A DNA stretch of 63,034 bases, the filler included, from Octopus bimaculoides (Eukaryota), in the NCBI RefSeq assembly GCF_001194135.2. It is 3 parts of 3 records of this genome, joined end to end, with 100 filler letters (N's around TTAATTAATTAA, not from the genome) between each part and the next. Parts side by side here need not be neighbours in the genome. Positions count along the whole stretch, not along the records: positions 44,998 to 63,034 come from NC_068986.1; 2 more parts are not named here. One strand, written 5' to 3'. The position numbers and the translations under genes are program-made. This document shows, in pieces, positions 50,896-63,034 of this stretch. The notes below the pieces were generated by a model. It had not been told where the DNA came from and searched no databases. It worked only from the letters and a program-made list of their open reading frames with translations. Numbering within the stretch: position 1 is the stretch's first letter; each line of letters starts with the position of its first letter.

Positions 50896-51235
50896 NNNNN
50901 NNNNNNNNNNNNNNNNNNNNNNNNNNNNNNNNNNNNNNNNNNNNNNNNNNNNNNNNNNNNNNNNNNNNNNNNNNNNNNNNNNNNNNNNNNNNNNNNNNNN
51001 NNNNNNNNNNNNNNNNNNNNNNNNNNNNNNNNNNNNNNNNNNNNNNNNNNNNNNNNNNNNNNNNNNNNNNNNNNNNNNNNNNNNNNNNNNNNNNNNNNNN
51101 NNNNNNNNNNNNNNNNNNNNNNNNNNNNNNNNNNNNNNNNNNNNNNNNNNNNNNNNNNNNNNNNNNNNNNNNNNNNNNNNNNNNNNNNNNNNNNNNNNNN
51201 NNNNNNNNNNNNNNNNNNNNNNNNNNNNNNNNNNN

Positions 51236-51337
51236 CGACCACTAACGTGGACAATTACTGCGCTAGAAATAGATCACATCTTGTGGACACAAGATGTAAT
51301 CTATTTCTAGCGCATTAACTGTCCACGTTAGTGGTCG
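51236..51337. repeat. 102-bp near-perfect palindrome
   Basis: 49-bp arms with 3 mismatches; 4-nt centre GGAC (51285-51288). Confidence 0.95.
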
Positions 51338-51344
51338 ACGTTAT

Positions 51345-51387
<43 letters not shown>

Positions 51388-51596
51388 CATGCTGAGTGGA
51401 AGAATCCTAAAAGATCAACTGTCAGGATCAACATGCTCTATTAAGTGTTTAAATGCAACCCATCCACGGGACGGTGTCCATGGTTGTATAATCACCTAAA
51501 GAAAAATTCATTATGGCTGAAAGTACCATTTCAAATATGAAAATGGAACTGGGCAGCGATAGTGTCCATGGAGTCCGTGTAACCAGCACAACAGAA

Positions 51597-51670
<74 letters not shown>

Positions 51671-52020
51671 GTCTGTCTCTCTGACTGCATGTCTGTCTGT
51701 CTGCCTGTCTGTTTATCTATCTATGTATCTCTATTTGAGATATATACGTATACTAGACATAACTACGTTTGGGACAGCATCTTGCATGTTGTAATTACGG
51801 TTAAGAAGATTAGTGTTAACCATATTATTCGGAAAGGTTTAACTGGGTGCTATCACTGTTACTAGAAGCTATGCTAAAAGTACTACCAATTTCTCGGCTG
51901 GAACAGATTACACCAGGAGTGTCAAATGTAGGTTGAGTTCCCCCCACCCCTAGACTAGCAACTAATTCCTCATTGATATATACATTACTGCCTAGATTAT
52001 TACTACCGTCACTTGTAAGA

Positions 52021-52113
52021 CTCTTCTTCTTCTTCTTCTTCTTCTTCTTCTTCTTCTTCTTCTTCTTCTTCTTCTTCTTCTTCTTCTTCTTCTTCTTCTT
52101 CTTCTTCTTCTTC
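52021..52113. repeat. (CTT)n microsatellite
   Basis: Direct reading. Confidence 0.97.
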
Positions 52114-52639
52114 TTTCTTCTACTATCTCTAAAATTATTACTAACCACCAAGACAATTACCAATATAGTTAACCGCACAAACCTCGTTTATTATTATGGT
52201 TTTCTAATTTTAAATTAATATACCCTCTAAATTTTCTTAAGTTATGTGCTGCAATTATTTCCGCTAAATATCTAATAGCTGAACATGCAAATTTAACTGT
52301 GTGTGGATTAATAAAAAATGCTATTATAACAGAACTGAATCCAAGTTAAGCAGGAATATATATGCTTGCACCAACTTACTCATCCATATATGCTCTCGCA
52401 CGCAAATATTTTAGTCAGAATCGTTTCGAACATAAATGAAAGACCTTTATAACGCTTGTTCGCAATTTCTTGGTTTAATCGGAAAACGATATTGAGAAGA
52501 TTTATTTCCTCTCCAGTTATTTTCCTACTTTTGGTCTTACAAGAAACCGTGATATAACTGAGTTGAAGAAAATAAATTTGATTCTTTTATATATTTTGTT
52601 AGTAATATTTTCAGAGAAGTTTCTCTTATTTCGAAAGTG

Positions 52640-53290
52640 ACTGGGAATTGAGAGGGTTGTATATATGCTTCAGATACTGGGAAAACAACTGTGGTCAGGT
52701 ATTTGAAATTACTATTCATGAAGCTTTGCTACATTCACGTGTTGCATAACCATTTATAGACGGTACATAGAAATACTTGAGAGATTCCACCAGAAATATC
52801 GAAGGTATGTATTAAACATTAGTTGGAAATATTTTACATCTTGTACAATGTGCTGGAACAGTGAGCTACTTAGTATGGAGACTGATCTCATCTAGAACCA
52901 TATGTAGTGGGTTGGGCATATCATTCATCTGAGCTTCCGGGGATGTTACTTTATTCGGAATTCATTCTCCGTTATTAACGTTCCAGACACAAATGAAAAA
53001 GAGGTTTCATGACGATAAAAGAAACAATTTTAATTTCTTAAATACCAGCATTGTTTACTAAAAACATCTCGCATCAAATAGAACAGAATAGCAGTTAATA
53101 CCAAGCAAGAACAGCTTGCTTTGAGTAAATCAGAATTGCCTTTAATAGTGAAATATAACGTACGAAAATTGAAGGATATTGAAGATCCTAAATGTAGAGT
53201 GACCTGGGATAGTCTTCCCTGTACAGTCTGTAGATGCATTACTATTTCAAAGGCCGGACTTGTCATCCATGAAAAGTCATATATTGGATG
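52640..53290 (+). mobile_element. Old BovB-like RTE 3' coding remnant
   Basis: YRRYIEILERFHQ..LNISW, WVGHII and terminal CTVC..SKAGLVIH zinc finger. Confidence 0.7.
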
Positions 53291-53589
53291 CCTTACACAG
53301 AATATGTATATGGCTTGAATGGCACCAGAAGATTAGGGCTGTCTTTTACGTTTAAAAGTGTGTTCATCTGTTGCTGAACTCCATTTGAAATCCATTTTAG
53401 ACGAATCCACAAGGACATTGCAACTGTTGTATTCCAGGAGAAATTATGCATAACATTTGTCGCAAAATTTTGAAAAAACATTAAGACAAGGCAATCATCT
53501 TACAGCTTATAGCAGAAATAATGTCACAACTGTTACTGGTATATCTCCACAATAAGAAATTGTATCTGATAGAAATTGAGTTAACGATT

Positions 53590-53621
<32 letters not shown>

Positions 53622-53973
53622 TTATANNNNNNNNNNNNNNNNNNNNNNNNNNNNNNNNNNNNNNNNNNNNNNNNNNNNNNNNNNNNNNNNNNNNNNNNNN
53701 NNNNNNNNNNNNNNNNNNNNNNNNNNNNNNNNNNNNNNNNNNNNNNNNNNNNNNNNNNNNNNNNNNNNNNNNNNNNNNNNNNNNNNNNNNNNNNNNNNNN
53801 NNNNNNNNNNNNNNNNNNNNNNNNNNNNNNNNNNNNNNNNNNNNNNNNNNNNNNNNNNNNNNNNNNNNNNNNNNNNNNNNNNNNNNNNNNNNNNNNNNNN
53901 NNNNNNNNNNNNNNNNNNNNNNNNNNNNNNNNNNNNNNNNNNNNNNNNNNNNNNNNNNNNNNNNNNNNNNNNN

Positions 53974-54004
<31 letters not shown>

Positions 54005-54018
54005 TATATACATATATC

Positions 54019-54228
54019 ATTGTTTAAGAGGACAACAAACGTTAAAGCAAGGTAAACAACTCAAGTGGTATACAATGTTATTATTGGAAAAGTAATTAAA
54101 AGCCTTACAGCAGTTTCTGTGATATCCCAGAAACAGCGGTAAGACTTTGAATTACTTTTCCAATAATAATAATGTATATCATTTGAGATGTTTACCTTGC
54201 CTTAAGGTTTGTTGTCCTCTTTAACAAT
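54019..54228. repeat. 210-bp palindrome centred on GAT|ATC, flanked by TA-rich sequence (MITE-like)
   Basis: 105-bp arms with about a dozen substitutions and no indels by manual alignment. Confidence 0.92.
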
Positions 54229-55360
54229 TATATATCTGTTATATCGGAAATCTATAATAACTCAATAACTACCACCTCAGCTATACATATTCATATGTGG
54301 GTACAGGACGTCACCAACAGTAAACAACATTAAATACGAAAACAAATGAGTTTAATACGCAAACAACGAGAGAAACAAATGTATATATGTATGTATGTAT
54401 GTATATATGTGTGTATGTATATATAAAAATGTGTGCATAAACAAAAGGGAAACAGACACAGGCGACTAACTTCTCATCAGTTATCGGCCAATGAATCAAT
54501 GGCAATTTCGCGCCTTCAACATTACTATTGATCCCATTCTCTTGGGACTAACAGCATGAAGCCACCATGAAATATAGAGCCGACGAAAAAGGGACCAAGC
54601 ATAAAAGAAAATGAACAGTCAAACNNNNNNNNNNNNNNNNNNNNNNNNNNNNNNNNNNNNNNNNNNNNNNNNNNNNNNNNNNNNNNNNNNNNNNNNNNNN
54701 NNNNNNNNNNNNNNNNNNNNNNNNNNNNNNNNNNNNNNNNNNNNNNNNNNNNNNNNNNNNNNNNNNNNNNNNNNNNNNNNNNNNNNNNNNNNNNNNNNNN
54801 NNNNNNNNNNNNNNNNNNNNNNNNNNNNNNNNNNNNNNNNNNNNNNNNNNNNNNNNNNNNNNNNNNNNNNNNNNNNNNNNNNNNNNNNNNNNNNNNNNNN
54901 NNNNNNNNNNNNNNNNNNNNNNNNNNNNNNNNNNNNNNNNNNNNNNNNNNNNNNNNNNNNNNNNNNNNNNNNNNNNNNNNNNNNNNNNNNNNNNNNNNNN
55001 NNNNNNNNNNNNNNNNNNNNNNNNNNNNNNNNNNNNNNNNNNNNNNNNNNNNNNNNNNNNNNNNNNNNNNNNNNNNNNNNNNNNNNNNNNNNNNNNNNNN
55101 NNNNNNNNNNNNNNNNNNNNNNNNNNNNNNNNNNNNNNNNNNNNNNNNNNNNNNNNNNNNNNNNNNNNNNNNNNNNNNNNNNNNNNNNNNNNNNNNNNNN
55201 NNNNNNNNNNNNNNNNNNNNNNNNNNNNNNNNNNNNNNNNNNNNNNNNNNNNNNNNNNNNNNNNNNNNNNNNNNNNNNNNNNNNNNNNNNNNNNNNNNNN
55301 NNNNNNNNNNNNNNNNNNNNNNNNNNNNNNNNNNNNNNNNNNNNNNNNNNNNNNNNNNNN

Positions 55361-55399
<39 letters not shown>

Positions 55400-55619
55400 G
55401 AGTGGGTGGAAGGGAGAGAAAGGAAGAGAAAAGGCGAGAATAGACGTCATACGAAAATATGAAAACACTTTCTGTAAACAAAATAAGAGTACCTGGCATT
55501 CCATTAAATAATAAGTTTAAAAAAACTGCAATAAATGCAGAAAGGAACAGGAAACAGACACATCTATGTAAAAATATCAAAAAAAAAATATCAACTAGAT
55601 TTGGACTGAGAGATAAAGT

Positions 55620-56165
55620 TTACTCAATGTAGCTGCAATCAGTGTCCACCACGGCCTGAAGTCTGCCTCGGTACATGCGTTCTTCACTGTGTCCCTAGGA
55701 GGATCTTCGTACACCTCCTTGATCTTGTCCACCAGCGTGGCCTTGACGCTGCAGTCAGAGCGTTTTGTGTCTTTCTTAACCGCATCTCACATGTATTAAT
55801 CTATGGGATTACAATCAGGGCAATCAGGAGACCAGAAATAGGGTCCGGTGAAGTCGTAGAAATTCTATTCTCCGACCACCACTTCTAATTCTTTTCGTAG
55901 GTATGGCAAGGAGGAGAATCCTGCTGCCACACAAATGACCTTCCAGCAGCAATCCTCCCCAGTTCACATAGCCCCCTGAAATAACCCTAATGCGTTGTTC
56001 ACAGTTGTGGAGCGATATGATGTCGTCTTCGCTGGAGACACACCCGAAGAGCATCACAATTTGGGCGAACATGGTTGTCATGATGTCCATATCACATTCT
56101 ACAGTCTTTTCAGTGTTCAGAGAGCGTTGAGCAGCAGTCATGACACCATTATGACACCTGGTGCT
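55620..56165 (-). mobile_element. DD37D (maT-like) transposase C-terminal remnant
   Basis: VMLFGCVSSE, VWQQDSPPCHT, FWSPDCPDCNP and LQAVVDTDCSYIE*. Confidence 0.8.
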
Positions 56166-56434
56166 AATAATTATGATACAGGTAACTCTTTCCCCAAATT
56201 TATATGGCTTTCAGTACTCTGTCTCAACTAACTTTTTCTAAACTACAAATTTATATTTATACTCCCAAACGCCGTTGTCTCTTCCCAAATACATCAACTT
56301 CTTCGTGAAAATAGGAGACATAAATGATAGTCAAATTTATCCCGACTACACTGTGTAAACGTGGGTGTGAATGTGTATGTATATAATGTTCCTATATTTC
56401 ACTAAGAATACATGTATGCATATGTGCTTGTGTG

Positions 56435-56468
<34 letters not shown>

Positions 56469-56770
56469 TGTGCGCGCGTGTGTGTGTGTGTTTCATGAAT
56501 GTAGCAAAACCCACATCCTTTTTATATCGTATAAATCATTTGATTATTTACTGACACAAGAAATTTGTGTCTAGAGTTATTTTTTTACATTCTTCTTCAA
56601 AATGTAGAAGACATTAACTGTACTTCCTACATGTGATTTTGTTTTACATCATTGAATGCATACCTACATATTGGGAACGAGAATAATTTGACAGCCTGGA
56701 TTATATATAATGCAAAAATAATAGAACATTGTTGTTAGGTGTGACATGCATCTACTGAAAAATGTACTAG

Positions 56771-56822
<52 letters not shown>

Positions 56823-57444
56823 CAATCATGCGTATATATNNNNNNNNNNNNNNNNNNNNNNNNNNNNNNNNNNNNNNNNNNNNNNNNNNNNNNNNNNNNN
56901 NNNNNNNNNNNNNNNNNNNNNNNNNNNNNNNNNNNNNNNNNNNNNNNNNNNNNNNNNNNNNNNNNNNNNNNNNNNNNNNNNNNNNNNNNNNNNNNNNNNN
57001 NNNNNNNNNNNNNNNNNNNNNNNNNNNNNNNNNNNNNNNNNNNNNNNNNNNNNNNNNNNNNNNNNNNNNNNNNNNNNNNNNNNNNNNNNNNNNNNNNNNN
57101 NNNNNNNNNNNNNNNNNNNNNNNNNNNNNNNNNNNNNNNNNNNNNNNNNNNNNNNNNNNNNNNNNNCAGTCAAATTAATTAGCGCTGCCAAATGTATTCA
57201 TTTAAGTGTTCCTTCAGCAGTGAGTGCATCGAAACTAATAAAATATACACGTACACACAACACATGAACAGATAGACATATATGGGCATTAATACAGATA
57301 CGTAAATATATATATATTTACACACACCCACACACACATGCACACGCGCGCACACACACATACACACATATGTGCACATACACACACATGCGTACATACA
57401 TACACACACACACACATACAAACATACATACATACACACAGAGA

Positions 57445-57694
57445 AGAGAATAGAAGACAAAATTCCATCGAAGCACGCTGTTCCTTCGTTTCTGCCATCA
57501 CAAAAATCGACGAACAGAATAGAAGCACTGTAAAACAAAGACGCACCACATGACAGTCAGATCTCACACCACGCTATCGATCGGCAAACTGCCACCTGGG
57601 GGTCGCATTAAGTGGCTTCTAGCAGTGGAATCCCGAACTACAGGAGATTTTTCCCACAAAAAAATGTATGCGGTTACTTTTGAATGCCTCCTCG
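57445..57694 (-). mobile_element. mariner 5' end with transposase start
   Basis: TA|CGAGGAGGCATTCAAAAGTAACCG terminus; MAETKEQRASMEFCLL N-terminus; truncated at a microsatellite. Confidence 0.7.
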
Positions 57695-57984
57695 TATATA
57701 AATATATATGGGGGGTGGGGAGGTGATACGCGCGAGCGCGTACATGTGTGTGTGGACAGACAAAAGAAAAAAAGCACAACGCATTCAGCATTTGTTATAT
57801 GTATTATTATTTAAAACAGGACCATTTGGCTCCATGGTTCGTGGGTCTCTGACAGAAATCGAATTCAATAATCTAAGCCTGAAAGTGACGGGTTTCTGTT
57901 AGAAGCTTGAGAAACTTTAAGTCGCATGGAGCCAAATCAGACTGTTTTAAATAATGTAAAAATATCACTATCCTCTGGTTACAT

Positions 57985-58486
57985 CCAGTTAACATCGACG
58001 GAACGATCCAGGCTAATTGACCAGATATCATTAAAGATATGGAAGAAAATATATGTAGACTAATAGATATCAGTGTTCCAACTGAAAGAGAATATATTTG
58101 TAAAGGAATTTGTCAAATTAAGTAAATATAAGGACCTGGAAATTGAAATACAAAACATAGGCATCTTAAAGCGAGAACTGTTCCTTTTATTGCGTGTACT
58201 CTAGGTTTGATAAAGGATGTCAAAAACATCTGGATATTATCCCAGGAGAACCATGTCTCAGATAAATCCAAAAGATTGTGCTAACAAGTACTGACCACAT
58301 CCTTAGGAAAAAACCCCATCAATTTAAATGTCTGTGTTATATTGCTTGAAGACATTTTGCTAGTGCCCCTATCAATTTCCCTCCCCAAGCTTTCAGTCAT
58401 ACTGTAACATCTGTTATCCTTCACTCACCCTATGAGACTGGGCGTGTCTCGGCAAGTGATTGTAACAAACCTGCAGATTAATAGTA

Positions 58487-58490
<4 letters not shown>
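57985..58490 (+). mobile_element. R4/Dong-type LINE 3' fragment ending in (TAA)n
   Basis: PDII.D.EEN.CRLIDISVPTE, KLSKYKDLEIEIQ and QKIVLTST.HIL; 3' UTR then (TAA)n. Confidence 0.8.
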
Positions 58491-58548
<58 letters not shown>

Positions 58549-58574
58549 GAAGAAGAAGAAGAAGAAGAAGAAGA

Positions 58575-58990
58575 AACCTCTGAACGTATAAAGATCTGGA
58601 AATAGAGTTGACTAGAATGCGGTGTCTAAAACAGAAAGAATTCCAATCATAGTAGGTGCATTAGGTAAGATAAAAGAATATATTGGCTTCAAAGCTGAAC
58701 ACCAGAAATATTATTTCAACAATAAACTCGCGCGTAGTGGCAGTAGTTCGGTATGGCGCTGGAATCCGGAAGTCGACAGAGGAAGAGCTAATGGAGACGT
58801 ACAGGAAGAGAATAAAGCTCTTAACGATGCATGAAACCCATCATCTATGTGCAGGCACTGATCACTATACATGAAGAAATCAAATGGAGAAAGGAAACTG
58901 ATAAATGCGGAAGACTGCTTACGCATCGAACTCGAGAGATAAAAAAACAAACAACATTTTGAAAGGATTGACGTAACTCTTCAAAGAGGT
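58575..58990 (+). mobile_element. Two juxtaposed R4/Dong-type fragments (RLE end, then RT thumb)
   Basis: YKDLEIELTRM..IPIIVGALG, then SKLNTRNIISTIN..VVRYGAG..LLTMHETHH. Confidence 0.75.
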
Positions 58991-59129
58991 AAATAGACAA
59001 TACGAAGAGTGCGGTACGATTGCAATNNNNNNNNNNNNNNNNNNNNNNNNNNNNNNNNNNNNNNNNNNNNNNNNNNNNNNNNNNNNNNNNNAATATGTAT
59101 TGCAATCGCATGACGTTCTTCATTTTGTC

Positions 59130-59204
<75 letters not shown>

Positions 59205-59205
<1 letters not shown>

Positions 59206-59480
59206 TCGAATGTGGAATCTAAAAACAAACAATTCCTATCATAGTAGGTGCCTTAGGCATGGTAAAAAATATTCAGACAATACATAACAAAACACCTGTA
59301 CTTACAAATATATATAAAATACATAACATTGCACTACTGGGCACTGCACACATCCTACGCAAAACGCTTTCAATACAGTAACAATAAGAGCATCATAGCA
59401 AACCACAGCACATACCCAAGGCACACAGAGCTGCGCTGGGTAGTGAAGTGAAAGCACGTTATAAAAATAAATCTACTGAA
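59205..59480 (+). mobile_element. R4/Dong-type extreme 3' end
   Basis: IPIIVGALG and ALLGTAHILRKTLSIQ*; 3' UTR acatacccaaggcacacagagc shared with 61020-61080; (AAC/AAT)n tail. Confidence 0.8.
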
Positions 59481-59526
59481 CAACAACAACAACAACAACA
59501 ACAACAGCAACAATAACAACAACAAA

Positions 59527-59593
<67 letters not shown>

Positions 59594-60129
59594 TGCGCTC
59601 CTGATGCAGTACCAGGCAGTGGCTCTCGTGGCTTCTCACCTTAATTGATTGGAAGTGTTATCATGCACATTGTTTTGTCGTGGTATAAAAGATGGGCTAC
59701 AACAAATATTTTGCTTAATACCACAGATTTGCTTGTGAGTTGTTTGACCATTACAAGTTGAGCATGTCCTTTGGTGGCTGACGATATGTGCATGTCTGAT
59801 CACGAGCAGAAATAGTGGGGGAGCATCATAGCTATGTGTTGAGAGAAATTCTTTGGGGCTTGGATAGTTACCCTCTGGAAACACGGATGTTTTGTCTAAC
59901 ATCCTTAAACAACACTTATTCAGGGACCTTTTCAGCGGGATGGGCTACTCGACCTGAAGAAAATTCTGGACTGAACATGCGAGGTCATGCGCTGTTTATC
60001 TTGATATGAGGTCACCATGTCGTGCAATATGGTTGTGTTGCTTATGCCTGGTGTACCCTTATCAGATAGAAAGGCATGATACGTATACTGGGCTTCGTAT
60101 AATTGATGGTATGCACTCTTCTCTCACTC
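59594..60129. repeat. About 540-bp discrete repeat unit, copy 1, bounded by (AAT)n
   Basis: Colinear with 60138-60613. Confidence 0.88.
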
Positions 60130-60137
60130 AATAATAA

Positions 60138-60613
60138 TGATGTAGTACCAGACGGTGGCTCTCATGGCTTCTGATCTTAACTGATTTGAAATGTTATCAT
60201 GTACATTGATCTGTCTTGGTATAAAAGATGGTTTACAAAAAATATTCTGCTCAATACCACAGATTTGCGTGTCAGTTGTTTAACCTTAACCAGTCGAGCA
60301 TGTGTCTTAGAGGCTGACGATATGTGCATCTCTGATCACGAGCCGAAGGAATGGAAGAGCGTCATAGCCATGTGTTGATATGAATAATTTGGGGTTTGGA
60401 TAATTAACCTTTGGAAACATGGGTGTTTCGTTCAACTCCCTTAACAACTCTTATTCATGGACTTTTTGATCGGGATGGGTTACTTGACCTGAAGAAAATT
60501 CTAACTGGATCTCCACCTGCAAGGTCATGCGCTGTTTATCAGACGGGTAATCATGATGGGTACACTGGGCTTCGTATATTTTACCCCACTGTCATTTTGA
60601 TGGCATGCACTCA
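60138..60613. repeat. About 540-bp discrete repeat unit, copy 2 (63-bp internal deletion)
   Basis: Colinear with 59594-60129. Confidence 0.88.
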
Positions 60614-60667
60614 ATTATAATAATAATAATGATAGTGATCATGATGATGACGATGATGATCATGATG

Positions 60668-60699
<32 letters not shown>

Positions 60700-60707
60700 G
60701 ATAATAA

Positions 60708-61080
60708 CTCCAGAAAAGTCCTCGGTAAACGAGAAAGCAACCATGCTCTGGGATATGCTAATACACACAGATAGAGAAGTTAAGGACAAATAGGCCGGAT
60801 ATAGTTGTCAGAAATGACTATGAAAAAAAAATTGCTTTCTAATCGATGTACTTTCAAAATACAAAGATCTGGAAATAGTATCAGAGTAAACGCGTTACGT
60901 ACGATAAAATATAATATTCAGAGAAAGACATAACAAAAATACCAGGACGTACAAGTATATAAGCATGCATAAAATAGTATTACTAGACACCGCACACATC
61001 CTACGTAAAACACTTTCAATACAGTGAAAATAAGAGCACAACAACAAACCACAGCAGATACCCAAGGCACACGGAGCTGT
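60708..61080 (+). mobile_element. Internally deleted R4/Dong-type 3' fragment
   Basis: TPEKSSVNEKATMLWDMLIHTDREV, RPDIVV, SKYKDLE and VLLDTAHILRKTLSIQ*. Confidence 0.8.
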
Positions 61081-61294
61081 GTTTTCTATATACTGTCTTC
61101 CCAGTTTTTTCGCGTTTCTTTTATAATTCAATTTCTTTAGTTCGTTATGATATGTGGTTTGCGCCTGATGGATATGTTTGAGTTGTCTCAACATACGAAA
61201 CTATAAGTAGCGCTTTAATACATGCATTGTGGCCTTTAAATAAATAACTTTTATCTCTCACCAGATCGAGTACATTTCTATCATGGATCAGTAC

Positions 61295-61336
<42 letters not shown>

Positions 61337-61880
61337 TACGCCATTTGCATGTACAAATTGGAGAAGCAGTACTTAACTCTCTTCCGGAAATAATTTTGAT
61401 AAATAATTTATCTATTATATTATTTGATATACTCTTATTCGACATTCTTGTTGAAATACTTGCCACTGGCCACTGTGTGGTACTTCTTTCAGTTTACTTT
61501 CTTTTCCTTTATGAAGATTGCTTTAGACATAAATGTTTTCTTCTCTTTCTATGAATCTTTGTATCTCGTATGCCAAATATGATGTGTTAACTATTGTGTT
61601 GGTGGCAGCTGTTTAGGCAAAAACACAAGTCCACAGCTGTTCATAATAAGATTGTCTACTCATGACTGGCATATCAATTTTGGAGAGATCTTGATTCACA
61701 AGATGCCTTTTCCTTCTTCCTTGGAGGTGGCACCAACTGCTAGTATGGGGTTAGTCTAGCGTCTCTGGTAGTGGTAACAATTTCTGGGAACCAAGAATTT
61801 ATATTCTATGTTATGTAATGTAAGCTAGATCACATTTGGTGTTCAAATATATGTCATTGGAGACACCGTGCAAATACTCG

Positions 61881-61967
<87 letters not shown>

Positions 61968-62280
61968 GTCAATGTGTGTTTGACTGTGTGAATATAATGT
62001 TATTTAGTCTGATACTCTGTATTTCTCCATTTGTGTAGTGTTTTCGTCATGTAGGAAACTAGTTGGTAGGTATTCATGCCACTCGACACGCATTACGTGA
62101 ACTATCAAACCGTTCTTTTTTTTGTTTTTGACAAGTATCGTGAAATAGAAGAACTATATAATGCACATACACAGTTATACACACTCTCTCCATTCTCTCA
62201 CTCTTCCTTTCTCTCCCTTCTCTCTTTCACCCCTCTCTTTCTTCCTTTCATTCTTTCTTTCTTTTCTTTATTTCTCTCTT

Positions 62281-62320
<40 letters not shown>

Positions 62321-63034
62321 TCTCTGACACACACACACAAATATACACAAGCTTACAGATGACAACATCCGTACACACATGCGACTTAGGTCCGGGTTGA
62401 AAAGAGATTAGTGAATGCAAAATCTTTCTCCTTCTCATATACACACACGCACGGAGCTAGCCGTTAGCCTGCTGCTGACGAGGGAATGAAATAATCAATA
62501 GTAGAGAGGCGGGGTCTGATACGCCTGTAGGCGAACAATGTAACTATCGAAGTTCATATTCACGTACAGAAAGTGAAAAGAAAATAATAAAGAAAAGATG
62601 AGACTATAAAGTAAGGAAAGTAACTGGAAAGAACTGAGACGGGGAAGCTTGTAAATCAAACGTCATCCCTTTCATGTGCATACAAATGGTCTCACAACAG
62701 GCCAGTTGCATAAGTGTGTATTGTTTCTTCCTAGCTTTCTTTTTTCCTACCTTCATTTATTTCTTTGAAGACCAGCCTAGGACATGTATTTGCATGAGCA
62801 AGTGTACTTGTATCCGTGTGCATATGGAGTCTTCATCGCCTTTCCCTCGTGTTCCTATATTCTGTCCCCCGACACCATTCTTCACGGCAAAATGGCTTTT
62901 CCTATCATGAAAACTAATACTTTAGAGGATCGCCCTGAATAAACTATTGCGTCTAGGATGACACTGAGTAGTTTTCCCGTTCACTAATGCAAACGGATAC
63001 ATACATATACATATATATGTATATATATATATAT

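Noticed and set aside
62472-62500. CTGACGA-gggaat-GAAA hammerhead-like word
   Set aside because: No stem II or stem I pairing.

Overview
AT-rich, gap-ridden eukaryotic scaffold with no recognisable host protein-coding exon and no tRNA or rRNA gene. The microsatellite density and SINE/LINE families look like an octopus (coleoid) draft genome; this is from memory of the repeats, not a database search. The window is mostly decayed and nested transposons. These include several RTE-clade LINE copies, a BovB-like RTE split by a complete but old Gypsy (Mag/K02A2.6-like) LTR element, and an L1/Tx1-like ORF2 split by an RTE insertion. Also present are two Hero-type and several R4/Dong-type RLE LINE fragments, five Penelope-like remnants, mariner, DD37D (maT) and hAT transposase relics, a probable Helitron, a MITE and two tRNA-derived SINE families. 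Two 100-bp N44-TTAATTAATTAA-N44 blocks are artificial scaffold joins. The most interesting signals are: an intact C4HC3 PHD finger inside the reverse transcriptase of the RTE family; hammerhead-core-like motifs at the Hero 3' ends and near 31.3 kb; three unrelated long palindromes within 4 kb; a conserved triple motif in RTE 3' UTRs; and a discrete ~540-bp element living in (TAA)n arrays beside Dong-like LINEs. Almost all ORF-track entries outside the TEs are N-gap or microsatellite artefacts.
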